Of a stretch of 64,000 bases of DNA, positions 17,937 to 27,889 are shown piece by piece. Source of the DNA: an uncultured Methylomirabilota bacterium (GTDB taxonomy: Bacteria; Methylomirabilota; Methylomirabilia; Methylomirabilales; 2-02-FULL-66-22); assembly GCA_963705305.1 (NCBI GenBank), contig OY970067.1:4512001-4576000 (forward strand). The letters are read 5' to 3'. The translations under genes were made by a program, and so were the position numbers. Positions within the stretch are counted from its first letter, which is position 1, and each line of letters opens with the position of its first letter. The notes below the pieces were generated by a model that ran no database searches, was not told where the DNA came from, and saw only the letters and a program-made list of their open reading frames with translations.

Positions 17937-19997
17937 ATGAGTCATCAGGTACGTTCGGAGGGTTTCCCGGGCAACGGCAACGGAGATACACCGCGCACGG
18001 GCGTATTCATATGCCACTGTGGCGGGAACATTTCCGACGTGGTAAACGTCCAACGCGTCGCGCAGGAGATCGGCGCCCTCCCGGGTGTGGCCTGCTCCAT
18101 GACCCACACCTTCATGTGCTCCGACCCCGGCCAAGCCCTCATCCAGGAGAAGATCAAGGAGTGCAATCTCAACCGGGTCGTCGTCGCCGCCTGCTCTCCC
18201 AGCCTGCATGAACTGACGTTTCGCCGCACCCTCACCCGCAGCGGCCTGAACCCCTACCTGTACGAACATTGCAACATCCGCGAGCAGTGCTCCTGGGTGG
18301 TCCGCAATAAGGAGCTGGCCACCCAGAAGGCCACGCGGCTGATCCGCGCGGCGGCAGCGCGCGCCGGCCATCTGACTCCCCTGCAGAAGCGCCGCATCCC
18401 CATCCACCCCGAGGCGCTCGTCATCGGCGGAGGCATCGCGGGCCTGGTGGCAGCCCGGGACCTGGCGCAGCGCGGCATCCGCGTCACGCTGGTCGAACAG
18501 TCGCCGTTCCTGGGAGGCCGGGTCGCCCAGATGGGGAAGGTCTTCCCCACCGAAGAGCGCGCCCGCGATCTTTTGAATCCCATCATCGCCGAGGTCGTCA
18601 AGCATCCCCGGGTGACCGTCCTCACCAATGCCCGGGTGACCCACGCCGAGGGGATTGTCGGCAATTTCAAGGCGCACATCCAGATCATTCCTCGCGGCGT
18701 GAACTCCAGGCTGGCCGCTCCCGGCCACGTCATGGCCGCCTGCCCCGTGGAGACCGAGAACGAGTTCGACTTCGGATTGACCAAGCGGAAGGCGATCTAC
18801 CAGCCCTACTACGGCTGCTATCCGCAGCTGCCCGCCATCGATTGGACCGCCTGCACCAAGTGCGGGAAGTGTATCGAGGCATCGGGGGGGAAAGGCATCG
18901 AGCTGGATGCACAGCCGCGCGAAACCGAAGTGCATGCCGGCGTGATCGTCCTGGCCACGGGCCACGACCCGTACGAGCCGCTGCCAGGCGAGTACGGGTA
19001 CGGGAAGTTCCCGGAGGTGGTGACCCTCCAGCAGATGTACCGGATGCTGGACACCGACGGGCCCACGGGCGGCGAGGTGAAAGCCAACGGCGCTCCCGTC
19101 CGCACGGTCGTCTTCATCTACTGCGTCGGCGCACGGCAGCGCGAGGGCATCAGCGTGCCCATGCCCGACGGGCGGGTGCGCGAGTACTGCGGCAGGACCT
19201 GCTGCACCGCCTCGCTGAAGATCGCCACCGAGCTGCAGGAGCGCTACCCCCGCATGAACATCTACAGCTTCTACCAGGATGTTCGCGCCTACGGCCGCGG
19301 GCACGAGGAATACTACACCCGGGCATCCGAGGGCGGCGCCATCTTCCTCCGCTACGACCCCAACCATCCCCCGCGGGTGGAGAAAGATTTTCGCGGGACG
19401 TCCGCGCTGATCGTGCGCGGCCGCGACCTCCTGACGGGGGATGTCGAGCTGGAGGTTCCGGCCGACCTGGTGGTCCTGTCCACCGGCGTCGTGCCCCACG
19501 ACATCAGCGACCTGGTCGAGATCTTCAAGTGCTCCATCGGTCCGGACACCTTCTTGCTGGAGGTCCATCCGAAGCTGCGGCCGGTCGAGCTGGCGGTGAG
19601 CGGGGTCTTCCTGGCGGGGACCTGCCAGAGTCCCATGGACATCACCGAGGCCTCGGCCGGCGGCGCGGCTGCCGCGTCCAAAGCCGCCGCCATGGTGGTG
19701 CAGGCCGAGGTCGAGATGGATCCCTTCATCGCCACCGTGGATGAGCAGCTCTGCACCGGATGCCAGACCTGCCTCACAGTGTGTCCCTACGACGCCCTCA
19801 GCCGGGACGAGGCCAAGCACATCGCCGTGGTCAACGAGGCCCTGTGCACCGGCTGCGGCAGCTGCGCCGCCACCTGCCCGAGCGATGCGATCCAGCAGCG
19901 GGGGTTCACAGACCGCCAGGTGCTTTCCGAGCTGCTGGCGCTCCTGGCGCGCCAGGCGCCGGCGGGAGCAGGCGATCTATTGACCGTCGGCCGATAA
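17937..19997 (+). CDS. hdrA: Heterodisulfide reductase subunit A-like flavoprotein (divergent, HdrA-1)
   Basis: GVFICHCGGNI, FMCS, AACSP, NIREQCSW, GGGIAG, CGRTCC, EVHPKLRPVE and a C-terminal 2x[4Fe-4S] domain. Confidence 0.9.
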   Translation: MSHQVRSEGFPGNGNGDTPRTGVFICHCGGNISDVVNVQRVAQEIGALPGVACSMTHTFMCSDPGQALIQEKIKECNLNRVVVAACSPSLHELTFRRTLTRSGLNPYLYEHCNIREQCSWVVRNKELATQKATRLIRAAAARAGHLTPLQKRRIPIHPEALVIGGGIAGLVAARDLAQRGIRVTLVEQSPFLGGRVAQMGKVFPTEERARDLLNPIIAEVVKHPRVTVLTNARVTHAEGIVGNFKAHIQIIPRGVNSRLAAPGHVMAACPVETENEFDFGLTKRKAIYQPYYGCYPQLPAIDWTACTKCGKCIEASGGKGIELDAQPRETEVHAGVIVLATGHDPYEPLPGEYGYGKFPEVVTLQQMYRMLDTDGPTGGEVKANGAPVRTVVFIYCVGARQREGISVPMPDGRVREYCGRTCCTASLKIATELQERYPRMNIYSFYQDVRAYGRGHEEYYTRASEGGAIFLRYDPNHPPRVEKDFRGTSALIVRGRDLLTGDVELEVPADLVVLSTGVVPHDISDLVEIFKCSIGPDTFLLEVHPKLRPVELAVSGVFLAGTCQSPMDITEASAGGAAAASKAAAMVVQAEVEMDPFIATVDEQLCTGCQTCLTVCPYDALSRDEAKHIAVVNEALCTGCGSCAATCPSDAIQQRGFTDRQVLSELLALLARQAPAGAGDLLTVGR

Positions 19998-20009
19998 GGG
20001 GGATTGGGC

Positions 20010-20525
20010 ATGACTGATCGCGCCATGCACGAGATGCAGGAGGCTCCATCGGCCCCGGGAAGCTGGGAGCCCCGGATCGTCGGATTCCTCTGCTACTGGT
20101 GCTCGTACACCGGGGCGGACGGGGCCGGGACAGCGCGCATGTCCTACCCCCCCAACGTGGACATCGTGCGCCTGATGTGCTCGGGACGCTGCGACCCCCA
20201 GCTGATTACCGCCGCGTATGCCAACGGCGCCGATGGGGTCCTCGTCCTGGGCTGCCACGTCGGCGATTGCCACTACATCAGCGGGAACCACAAGACCATG
20301 GCGCGCATGCCGCTGCTGCGCCGCGTCCTGGACGAGCTGGGCATCGAGCCGGAGCGGTTTCGCCACGACTGGGTGAGCGCCGCCGAGGGGGAGAAATTCA
20401 CCCGGGTGGTGACCGAGATGACCGAGCAGGTGCGCCGGCTGGGTCCCCTGAACTGGCCCGGGCTCCTGCATGCGCGAGGGGTCGGACACGGCATGGATCT
20501 CCATCCCTGGGGGGAGCGCCCATGA
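20010..20525 (+). CDS. mvhD: MvhD [2Fe-2S] subunit
   Basis: FLCYWCSYTGAD, MCSGR, GCHVGDCHY and WVSAAEG motifs. Confidence 0.93.
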   Translation: MTDRAMHEMQEAPSAPGSWEPRIVGFLCYWCSYTGADGAGTARMSYPPNVDIVRLMCSGRCDPQLITAAYANGADGVLVLGCHVGDCHYISGNHKTMARMPLLRRVLDELGIEPERFRHDWVSAAEGEKFTRVVTEMTEQVRRLGPLNWPGLLHARGVGHGMDLHPWGERP

Positions 20526-21523
20526 GCGCGGAACAGACCAAGAGCAAGCTGAAGGTGGCCAAGTACTGGGCGTCCAGCTGCGGCGGGTGCGACATCTCGC
20601 TCCTGGAGATCGGTCCCCGCCTGCTGGATCTGATCGCCATCGCCGATGTCGTCTTCTGGCCCTGCGCGGCGGACTTCAAGTATCGGGACGTCGCCAACTA
20701 TCCGGACGGCTACATCGATATCTGCTTCTACAACGGAGGGGTGCGGAACTCGGAGCAGGAAGAGGTTGCGCGCCTGCTGCGCCAGAAGAGCAAGACCCTG
20801 ATCGCCTACGGCGAGTGCGCCGTTGGCGGCGGCATTCCCGCCCTCGCCAACCTGAAGTCGCGCGCCGGGATCTTCGAGGCGGCCTATCACCAGAACCCCT
20901 CCATCGACAATCCGGACGGTGTGGAGCCCCGGCCGGTGGTCCAGTCCCCCGTCGGGGAGCTCGAGATCCCCGTCTTCTACCCCGGCGTCCTGCGCCTGAA
21001 GGATGTGATCGAGGTGGACTACGAGATCCCCGGCTGTCCGCCGCAGGCCGACCGGGTGTGGGAGGCCATCCAGGCCGTGGCAGGCGGGGCGGTGCCCGCG
21101 CGCAATACCGCCGTTCCGGTCGGCTGCGGGAACAAAAGCGTCTGCGACGAGTGCAGCCGGGAGAAGCGCCTGGTGAAAATCGGCCGGTTCACCCGCCATC
21201 ACCTGGTGCGCCCGGAGCCCGGCTGGTGCCTGCTGGAACAAGGGATCCTGTGCATGGGGCCGGCCACCCGCAGCGGCTGCGGGGCCCTCTGCCTCAAGGC
21301 CGATATGCCGTGCGAGGGCTGCTACGGCCCGTCGGGAGAGACGCTGGACCAGGGGACCGCCATGGTGGGCGCCGTGGGGGCCATCCTCGACGCCACGACC
21401 GAAGAGCGCGCCCACGAGCTCATCCAGCAGATCGTGGATCCCGCCGGCAGCTTCTACCGCTTCACGCTGGCCGGCGGCTACATGAAGGGCAGGAACGAGG
21501 CGCGGGGGGAGGACAGGGCATGA
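20522..21523 (+). CDS. mvhG: Group 3c [NiFe]-hydrogenase small subunit MvhG
   Basis: [43 protein letters not shown]. Confidence 0.92.
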   Translation: MSAEQTKSKLKVAKYWASSCGGCDISLLEIGPRLLDLIAIADVVFWPCAADFKYRDVANYPDGYIDICFYNGGVRNSEQEEVARLLRQKSKTLIAYGECAVGGGIPALANLKSRAGIFEAAYHQNPSIDNPDGVEPRPVVQSPVGELEIPVFYPGVLRLKDVIEVDYEIPGCPPQADRVWEAIQAVAGGAVPARNTAVPVGCGNKSVCDECSREKRLVKIGRFTRHHLVRPEPGWCLLEQGILCMGPATRSGCGALCLKADMPCEGCYGPSGETLDQGTAMVGAVGAILDATTEERAHELIQQIVDPAGSFYRFTLAGGYMKGRNEARGEDRA

Positions 21524-23034
21524 CCAGTCCACAGGTGAAGACCGCCGAAGGGTTGCGCCGGATCAGCATCGATCCCGTGACCCGCCTGGAGGGCCACGGC
21601 AAGATCGATATCTTCCTGGATGCCGAGGGGAATGTGGCGGATTGCTTCTTCCAGGTGCCGGAGCTGCGCGGGTTCGAGAAGTTCTGCGAGGGGCGCCCGG
21701 TCGAGGAGATGCCGCGCATCACTCCCCGGATCTGCGGGGTCTGCCCGGAGGCGCACCTGATGGCCTCGGCGAAGGCGTGCGACGCGGTCTACGGGGCCGA
21801 GCTGCCGCTCACGGCCAAGCTCCTGCGCGAGCTGCAGTACAACATCTTCTTCGTCACGGACCACACCACCCACTTCTACGCCCTGGGGGCGCCGGACTTC
21901 GTCATGGGCCCGCAAAGCGACCCCGCACTGCGCAACCTGATCGGGGTCATCGGCAAGGTCGGCGTACAGATCGGCGGCGAGGTCATCAAGTGCCGTGCCT
22001 GGGGACACGAGGCCGCCGCCATCTTCGGCGGCAAGCCGGTGAATCCCGCCAACGCCATCCCGGGGGGGATGAGCAAGCCCCTCAAGCCCGAAGAGCGCGA
22101 CCGGGTGGAGGAGATCTGCCGCTTCATGGTGGAGTTCGGGAAGTTCACCCTGAAGCTGCTGCACGACGTCGTGCTTGCCAACAAGGAGTATGTGGACCTG
22201 ATCCTCACTGGCCCCTACTACCAGGAGACCTACTCCATGGGGCTGGTGGACGAGAAGAACCGGGTGAACTACTACGACGGGAAGGTGCGGGTCGTGGACC
22301 CCGAGGGGAACGAGCTCTGCAAGTACGCCCCGCCCGAGTACGCGCGGCACATCGCCGAGCGTGTGGAGCCCTGGAGCTACCTGAAGTTCCCGTACCTGAA
22401 GGCGGTGGGCTGGAAGGGGCTCGTCAGCGGCAAGGAGTCGGGGGTCTACCGGGCCACCCCGCAGTCCCGGTTGAACGCCGGGGACAGCATGAACAGCCCC
22501 TTGGCCCAGGAGGCCTACGAGGAGTATTTCGAGACGCTGACGGGAGACAAGAGCGGCAGGAAGCCCGTCCACCACACCCTGGCCATCCACTGGGCCCGGG
22601 TCATCGAGCTTCTGAACGCGGCCGAGCGGGCGCTGGAGTTGGTGCGACACCCGGAGATCACCCATCCCGAGCACTACCGGGTGGTGTGCGACAAGACCCC
22701 CAGGGAGGGGGTGGGCATCGTCGAGGCGCCGCGCGGAACCCTGACCCACCACTACGTCACGGACGAGACCGGTCGCGTGAAGAAGGCCAATCTGATCGTC
22801 GGGACGACGAACAATCATGCCGCCATCTGCATCTCCATCAAGCAGGCGGCTCAGGGGTTGATCAAGAAAGGCGTGGAGGTCACCGAGGGCGTCCTGAACA
22901 TGATCGAGATGGCCTTCCGCGCCTATGATCCATGTTTCGGCTGTGCCACCCACAGCCTGCCGGGTCAGATGCCGTTGATCGTGCGGGTGCGGGACGTGGA
23001 CGGCAGCGTGCTGAGCGAAAGGCGGCGAGGGTAA
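21520..23034 (+). CDS. mvhA: Group 3c [NiFe]-hydrogenase large subunit MvhA
   Basis: [11 protein letters not shown]1 [11 protein letters not shown]2 [12 protein letters not shown] plus C-terminal extension. Confidence 0.93.
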   Translation: MTSPQVKTAEGLRRISIDPVTRLEGHGKIDIFLDAEGNVADCFFQVPELRGFEKFCEGRPVEEMPRITPRICGVCPEAHLMASAKACDAVYGAELPLTAKLLRELQYNIFFVTDHTTHFYALGAPDFVMGPQSDPALRNLIGVIGKVGVQIGGEVIKCRAWGHEAAAIFGGKPVNPANAIPGGMSKPLKPEERDRVEEICRFMVEFGKFTLKLLHDVVLANKEYVDLILTGPYYQETYSMGLVDEKNRVNYYDGKVRVVDPEGNELCKYAPPEYARHIAERVEPWSYLKFPYLKAVGWKGLVSGKESGVYRATPQSRLNAGDSMNSPLAQEAYEEYFETLTGDKSGRKPVHHTLAIHWARVIELLNAAERALELVRHPEITHPEHYRVVCDKTPREGVGIVEAPRGTLTHHYVTDETGRVKKANLIVGTTNNHAAICISIKQAAQGLIKKGVEVTEGVLNMIEMAFRAYDPCFGCATHSLPGQMPLIVRVRDVDGSVLSERRRG

Positions 23035-23071
23035 ACCGGCGGGACGGAGCCCCCCAGGGAAAGGGCGCACC

Positions 23072-24400
23072 ATGGCAGAGATCAAGGAACGCTACGACGG
23101 GTTGGTCATCGGGGCGGGGATCGCCGGTATGCAGGCGGCGCTGGATCTGGCCGGCCAGGGGTACCAGGTCCTCCTGGTGGAGAGTCAGCCCTCCATCGGC
23201 GGGGTCATGGTCTCCCTGAACAAGGTCTTCCCCACCCTGGACTGCTCCAGCTGCATCTGCACCCCCCGCATGGCCGAGGTTGCCCACGACGAGAACGTCA
23301 CCATCCTGACCTACACCGAGGTCGAGAAGGTCGAGCCCCAGGGATCCGGGTTCCGGGTCCGCCTGCGGCAGAAGCCCCGCTACGTCGTGGCGGAGGACTG
23401 CATCGGGTGCAGCCTGTGCGAGCTGGCGTGCGACGTCTACGTCCGCCACGAGTTCGACTACGGACTGGGGGCGCGGCGCGCCATCTACATCCCCCACGCC
23501 AACGCCATTCCCCAGGTGGCGGTCCTGGATGCGGAGCACTGCGTGTTCGACGGCAACTGCGCCAAGGTGTGTCCCACCGACTGCATCGACTTCACGCAGC
23601 AGCCGGTCGAGCGCACCATCCAGGTGGGGGCCGTCATCATCACCACCGGGCTCACCATCACCCCCATGGACGCCAAGAAGGAGTACGGGGGGGGCACGCA
23701 CCTCAACGTCATGAGCCCCCTGGCGATGGAGCGGGTCCAGTCCTCCAACGGACCCTACGGGCGGGTCCTTCGCCCGTCGGACGGGAAGATTCCTCAATCG
23801 GTCGCTTACGTCCAATGCGCCGGGAGCCGGGACGCCTCCATCGGCGTGTCGTATTGCTCCCGAGTGTGCTGCATGTACGCCATCAAGCAGGCGATCATGC
23901 TGAAGCATGAGCGGCACGACGTGAACGTCACGATCTACTACATGGACATCCGGGCCTTCGGCAAGAACTACGAGCAGTTCTACCGGCGCGCCGTCGCCGA
24001 CGGGATCCATTTCGTCAAGGCCAAGGTGGCAAAGATCGCGGAGGTGGACAACCACGACCTGGTCCTGCGCGTGGAGCTGATCGAGGAAGGGGGGCGCATC
24101 GGAGAGATCCGGCACGATCTGGTGGTGCTCAGCCAGGGGCTGAGGCCCGCCTGGCACGCGGACGGGGTGATCCCGGTGGAGGAGAGCCCGGACGGGTTCT
24201 TCACAACCCCCCAGGCGAAGGTTCGCCCGGTGAAGACCACCGTCGAGGGGATCTTCGTAGCGGGTGTGGCCGCCGGTCCGAAGGACATTCCCGATGCCAT
24301 CGTGGAGGCCGGCGCGGCTGCCATGGAGGCAGCCATCCATCTCGAGCGCACCGGCGCAGGCCGGCCGGCGCGGGCGGCGGTCGGCGTCAGCCACGATTGA
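23072..24400 (+). CDS. Short HdrA/QmoA-like flavoprotein (HdrA-2) lacking the N-terminal and C-terminal Fe-S domains
   Basis: Starts at GAGIAG; KVFPTLDCSSC; inserted 2x[4Fe-4S] domain; QCAGSR; CSRVCCMYAIK; ends shortly after GPKDIP. Confidence 0.88.
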   Translation: MAEIKERYDGLVIGAGIAGMQAALDLAGQGYQVLLVESQPSIGGVMVSLNKVFPTLDCSSCICTPRMAEVAHDENVTILTYTEVEKVEPQGSGFRVRLRQKPRYVVAEDCIGCSLCELACDVYVRHEFDYGLGARRAIYIPHANAIPQVAVLDAEHCVFDGNCAKVCPTDCIDFTQQPVERTIQVGAVIITTGLTITPMDAKKEYGGGTHLNVMSPLAMERVQSSNGPYGRVLRPSDGKIPQSVAYVQCAGSRDASIGVSYCSRVCCMYAIKQAIMLKHERHDVNVTIYYMDIRAFGKNYEQFYRRAVADGIHFVKAKVAKIAEVDNHDLVLRVELIEEGGRIGEIRHDLVVLSQGLRPAWHADGVIPVEESPDGFFTTPQAKVRPVKTTVEGIFVAGVAAGPKDIPDAIVEAGAAAMEAAIHLERTGAGRPARAAVGVSHD

Positions 24401-24430
24401 GCGACAGCGGAGGGATGACGGGGGGCAACC

Positions 24431-24724
24431 ATGAGTGAGTCGAAACGCGACTGGAGAGCAGACCTGAAGACCTTCCGCGAGCGAATGGGGGGGCTCACCG
24501 AGGCGAAGAAGGCCTACTTCAAGGCCGACCGCGACACGCGCAAGGCCCTGACAGAGGCGCTGAAGTCCGGTCCCAAAACGATCCCGGAGCTGACACGACA
24601 CTTGAAGCTCCCCGGTCCCGAGGTGGTGTGGTACGTCATGGCCCTGAAGCGGTACGGGGACGTGGTGGAGGCCGGCCAGGCCGGCGACTACCTCACATAC
24701 GCCCTGAAGGAGTCGGCGTCATGA
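24431..24724 (+). CDS. Small hypothetical protein, winged helix-turn-helix-like
   Basis: 97 aa; ALKSGPKTIPELTRHL...VVWYVMALKRYGDV pattern; ATGA-coupled to the next gene. Confidence 0.7.
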   Translation: MSESKRDWRADLKTFRERMGGLTEAKKAYFKADRDTRKALTEALKSGPKTIPELTRHLKLPGPEVVWYVMALKRYGDVVEAGQAGDYLTYALKESAS

Positions 24725-25884
24725 GCGTTCGTGTGGATCCGGATGTGGTCAGGGAGCTGGCAGAGTACGGAGCCGACACAGCCGTCAAGTGCTTCAATTG
24801 CGGCAACTGCACCGCCGTCTGCGCGCTGTCCAAGGAGGACACCACCTTCCCACGGCGGTACATCCGCAACATGCAGCTGGGACTCAAAGACAAGCTGCTG
24901 GAATCCATCGATCCCTGGCTGTGCTACTATTGCGGCAACTGCTCGGACACCTGTCCGCGCGAGGCCCAACCCGGCAAGCTCATGATGGCCAGCCGGCGCT
25001 GGCTCACCAGCATGTACGATTGGACCGGACTGAGCCGCCGGATGTACCAGCGGGCGCGGTGGGAGCTGGGACTGCTGGCGGCCGTGGCCGTGGCGGTCCT
25101 GCTGCTGTTCAGCCTGCCGTCCGATTTCGGGTTGCGCCTGCTTCTCCGGCACCCCGAGGCTCTCCGGACCGTCAATCTGGAATTCTTCGCCCCGATGGTG
25201 TACGTCCATTACGCGGACATCTTCCTGGCCGTCCTGCTGGGTCTTATGCTGGCCGTCAACGCCGGGCGCATGGTGGGCTTCGCCACGCGCAGCGGCCCCC
25301 GTGTCCCCCTGGGCATCTACCTGTCGCACGCGGCGGACCTGGTGGCCCACGGCCTGACCCAGAAGCGCTGGCAGCAGTGCGACACCAACACGATCAAGCA
25401 CTGGGTCCGACACATGACCCTCGTCACCGCGTACGGGACCATGTTTATTCTGGTGGTCGTCTTCCTGCCGTGGTTCCAGGTGCCGAACACCTCCTTTCAC
25501 TGGACCAGTTTCCTCGGGTACTACGCAACCCTCATCCTGCTCGGCGCCACCACCTGGATCATCCTGGACCGCCTGAAGAGGCGGGATCAGATGCACAAGC
25601 ATCCGGATCTCTCCGACTGGCTGTTCGTGATCCTGCTGTTCCTGACCGCCCTGACGGGAATTGTCCTCAACGTGTTCCGTTTGTTGGATCTGCCCGTCCC
25701 GACGTACGTCACCTACACCATCCACCTGATGATCGCCGTGCCCATGCTGGTGGTGGAGGTGCCCTTCAGCAAGTGGCCGCACCTCGTCTACCGGCCGCTG
25801 GCGGCGTTTCTCGCCGCAGCCCGCGCCAAGGCCGCCGAGCGGCAGCCGGCCGCCGTCCGCACGGCCCCTGCGCTCCCTTCCTGA
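24721..25884 (+). CDS. QmoC-like protein: HdrC-type 2x[4Fe-4S] domain fused to a NarI/cytochrome b-like membrane domain
   Basis: CFNCGNCTAVC and WLCYYCGNCSDTCP, then about 6 hydrophobic segments with His residues and a terminal PFSKWPHLVYRP. Confidence 0.85.
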   Translation: MSVRVDPDVVRELAEYGADTAVKCFNCGNCTAVCALSKEDTTFPRRYIRNMQLGLKDKLLESIDPWLCYYCGNCSDTCPREAQPGKLMMASRRWLTSMYDWTGLSRRMYQRARWELGLLAAVAVAVLLLFSLPSDFGLRLLLRHPEALRTVNLEFFAPMVYVHYADIFLAVLLGLMLAVNAGRMVGFATRSGPRVPLGIYLSHAADLVAHGLTQKRWQQCDTNTIKHWVRHMTLVTAYGTMFILVVVFLPWFQVPNTSFHWTSFLGYYATLILLGATTWIILDRLKRRDQMHKHPDLSDWLFVILLFLTALTGIVLNVFRLLDLPVPTYVTYTIHLMIAVPMLVVEVPFSKWPHLVYRPLAAFLAAARAKAAERQPAAVRTAPALPS

Positions 25885-25918
25885 GCGGGTCGCCGCGACG
25901 CCTTCAGCTCCTTCGACG

Positions 25919-25949
25919 GAAGAGGGCCTTCGGGCCCTCTTCGTGTTTC
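25919..25949 (+). terminator. Probable intrinsic terminator after the qmoC-like gene
   Basis: Perfect GAAGAGGGCC-TTCG-GGCCCTCTTC hairpin followed by GTGTTTC (weak U tract). Confidence 0.6.
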
Positions 25950-26333
25950 GGGCGCTCCGCGCCGACACGATCCATCCTGCCGTCTCTCCCACGCGTTCCG
26001 GCCGTACCCCACCCACTTGTTGCGCCCCGCTATCACGCGCCTCGCAGACCTCGGTCGGCTCAATCTCCGTCGCTGAAGCCGCCGTGCTGAATTTCTCAAC
26101 AGATGAATGCGACGACAGACATTCGCCCTAATGCGCTTGAATTTGCCGATCGCGAGAGTATCGTCATCGCAGATGCGGGGCGCGCCCGTATGCCCCCGCC
26201 CAGACAGGATGCCGGCCGATCCTGCGCCGGATTTCCGGAGCAGGGAGACCGGAAGACGACAGTCGGCGCCGAGAACCGGCGGTCTACACGCTCCGCCCCT
26301 CGGCCGAATCGTGGAGCCAGGAGGAATCAGGCC

Positions 26334-26984
26334 ATGCCCCATCTAGCCACGGGAGGGGAGGCGCCGCGTGCGGCGCGACCCATCCAGGAGCGGAAGGACG
26401 TCCGCCGACACATCACGTACGAATCCGAGCTGGACCCGGGGTTCGCCGAAAAAATCGCCCGGCTGGCCTACGGGGAAAAACTCTTCAGCTGCATCCAGTG
26501 CGGGACGTGCAGCGGCACCTGTCCGGTGAGCCACTACATGGACTACACGCCCCGCAAGATCATCGCCATGGTCCGAGAGGGCTTCCGGGACGAGGTCCTG
26601 AACAGTCTCACCATCTGGCTGTGCGCCTCGTGCTACTCCTGCACGGTGGACTGCCCCCGGGAGATCAAGATCACCGACGTGATGTACGCCCTCAAGCAGG
26701 AGGCCATGACCCAAGGGCTTTACCCGAAGCGGTTTCCCATCCCCGTCCTGGCGCGCGAGTTCTTCCGCGGCGTGGCCAGTCACGGCCGGAACAGTGAAGG
26801 CCCCCTGATGGTCAGGTTCTTCCTGAAGACGAACCCCCTTCGAATGCTCAGGAACGCGCCCGTCGCCTGGCGCCTCTGGCGGACGGGCCGACTCTCGCTG
26901 CTGGCGGAGAAGACGCAAAGCAAGGGCGTCGTCGGGAGGCTTTTACGCGCCGCCAAACAGGTCGAAGAAGGGAGTGCGCAATGA
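26334..26984 (+). CDS. hdrC: Heterodisulfide reductase subunit C
   Basis: SD AGGAGG before ATG 26334; CIQCGTCSGTCP, TPRKII and IWLCASCYSCTVDCP. Confidence 0.92.
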   Translation: MPHLATGGEAPRAARPIQERKDVRRHITYESELDPGFAEKIARLAYGEKLFSCIQCGTCSGTCPVSHYMDYTPRKIIAMVREGFRDEVLNSLTIWLCASCYSCTVDCPREIKITDVMYALKQEAMTQGLYPKRFPIPVLAREFFRGVASHGRNSEGPLMVRFFLKTNPLRMLRNAPVAWRLWRTGRLSLLAEKTQSKGVVGRLLRAAKQVEEGSAQ

Positions 26985-27889
26985 CCTACCTGTATTACCC
27001 GGGGTGCTCGCTCAAGAGCACCGGGAGGGCATATGAGGAGTCGGCACTGAAGGTGTTTCAGGCGCTGGAGGCCCCCCTTCAGGAGCTCGAGGATTGGAAC
27101 TGCTGCGGGGCGACCGCCTATATGTCGGTGGACGAGGTGCAGGCCTTCTCCCTGGCCGCCCGCAACCTCTGCCTGGCGGAGCAGCACGCGTCAGCGCAGA
27201 CGAAGGAGCCCGTACAGCTCGTCGCCCCCTGCGCCGCATGCTTCCTGGTCCTCACCAAGACGCAGCGCTACCTGGAGATGCATCCGGACCTGGACCGCCA
27301 GGTGAAGGCGGCCCTCCAGGCCGTGGGACTCACCTTTACGGGCCAGGTCCGTGTCCGCCACCCGCTGGACGTGTTCGTCAATGACATCGGCATCCCGCGG
27401 ATTACCAAGAGGGTCAAGCGCAGTCTGAGCGGCCTGAAGGTCGCCTGCTATTACGGGTGCCAGATCGTCCGCCCCTTCGCCACGTTCGACGACGCCCACA
27501 ATCCCACCACCATGGATCGCGTGGTCGCCGCCCTGGGGGCCAGCTCGGTCAAGTGGCCGCTCAAGACCCGCTGCTGCGGAGGCTCCCTCAGCGGCACCAT
27601 CCCCGATGCGGGTCTCCGGCTGAGCCAGATTCTGCTGCAGGAGGCCAAGCGCCGCGGGGCCGACATCGTGGTCACCGCGTGCCCGCTCTGCCAGTTCAAC
27701 CTCGAGTGCTACCAGAAGGAAATGGGCCGGGCGTTCGGCCAGCCGGTGGACATCCCGGTGCTCTACCTCACCCAGCTCATGGGCAGAGCCTTCGGGATCT
27801 CCGACCGGGAGCTGGGCATGCAGCGCCTGTTCGTGTCCCCCGCGGACGTATTTGCCCGGCAGGAAGGAGGTCAGGCCGTCCATGCGTGA
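26981..27889 (+). CDS. hdrB: Heterodisulfide reductase subunit B (two CCG domains)
   Basis: YYPGCS, WNCCGA, CAAC, YYGCQ, CCGG and CPLCQFNL motifs. Confidence 0.93.
   Translation: MTYLYYPGCSLKSTGRAYEESALKVFQALEAPLQELEDWNCCGATAYMSVDEVQAFSLAARNLCLAEQHASAQTKEPVQLVAPCAACFLVLTKTQRYLEMHPDLDRQVKAALQAVGLTFTGQVRVRHPLDVFVNDIGIPRITKRVKRSLSGLKVACYYGCQIVRPFATFDDAHNPTTMDRVVAALGASSVKWPLKTRCCGGSLSGTIPDAGLRLSQILLQEAKRRGADIVVTACPLCQFNLECYQKEMGRAFGQPVDIPVLYLTQLMGRAFGISDRELGMQRLFVSPADVFARQEGGQAVHA

Noticed and set aside
26103..26333. N-terminal extension of HdrC, and a TTGAAT-16-TATCGT promoter
   Set aside because: The extension is low-complexity and a strong SD marks ATG 26334. The promoter match is too weak to call.
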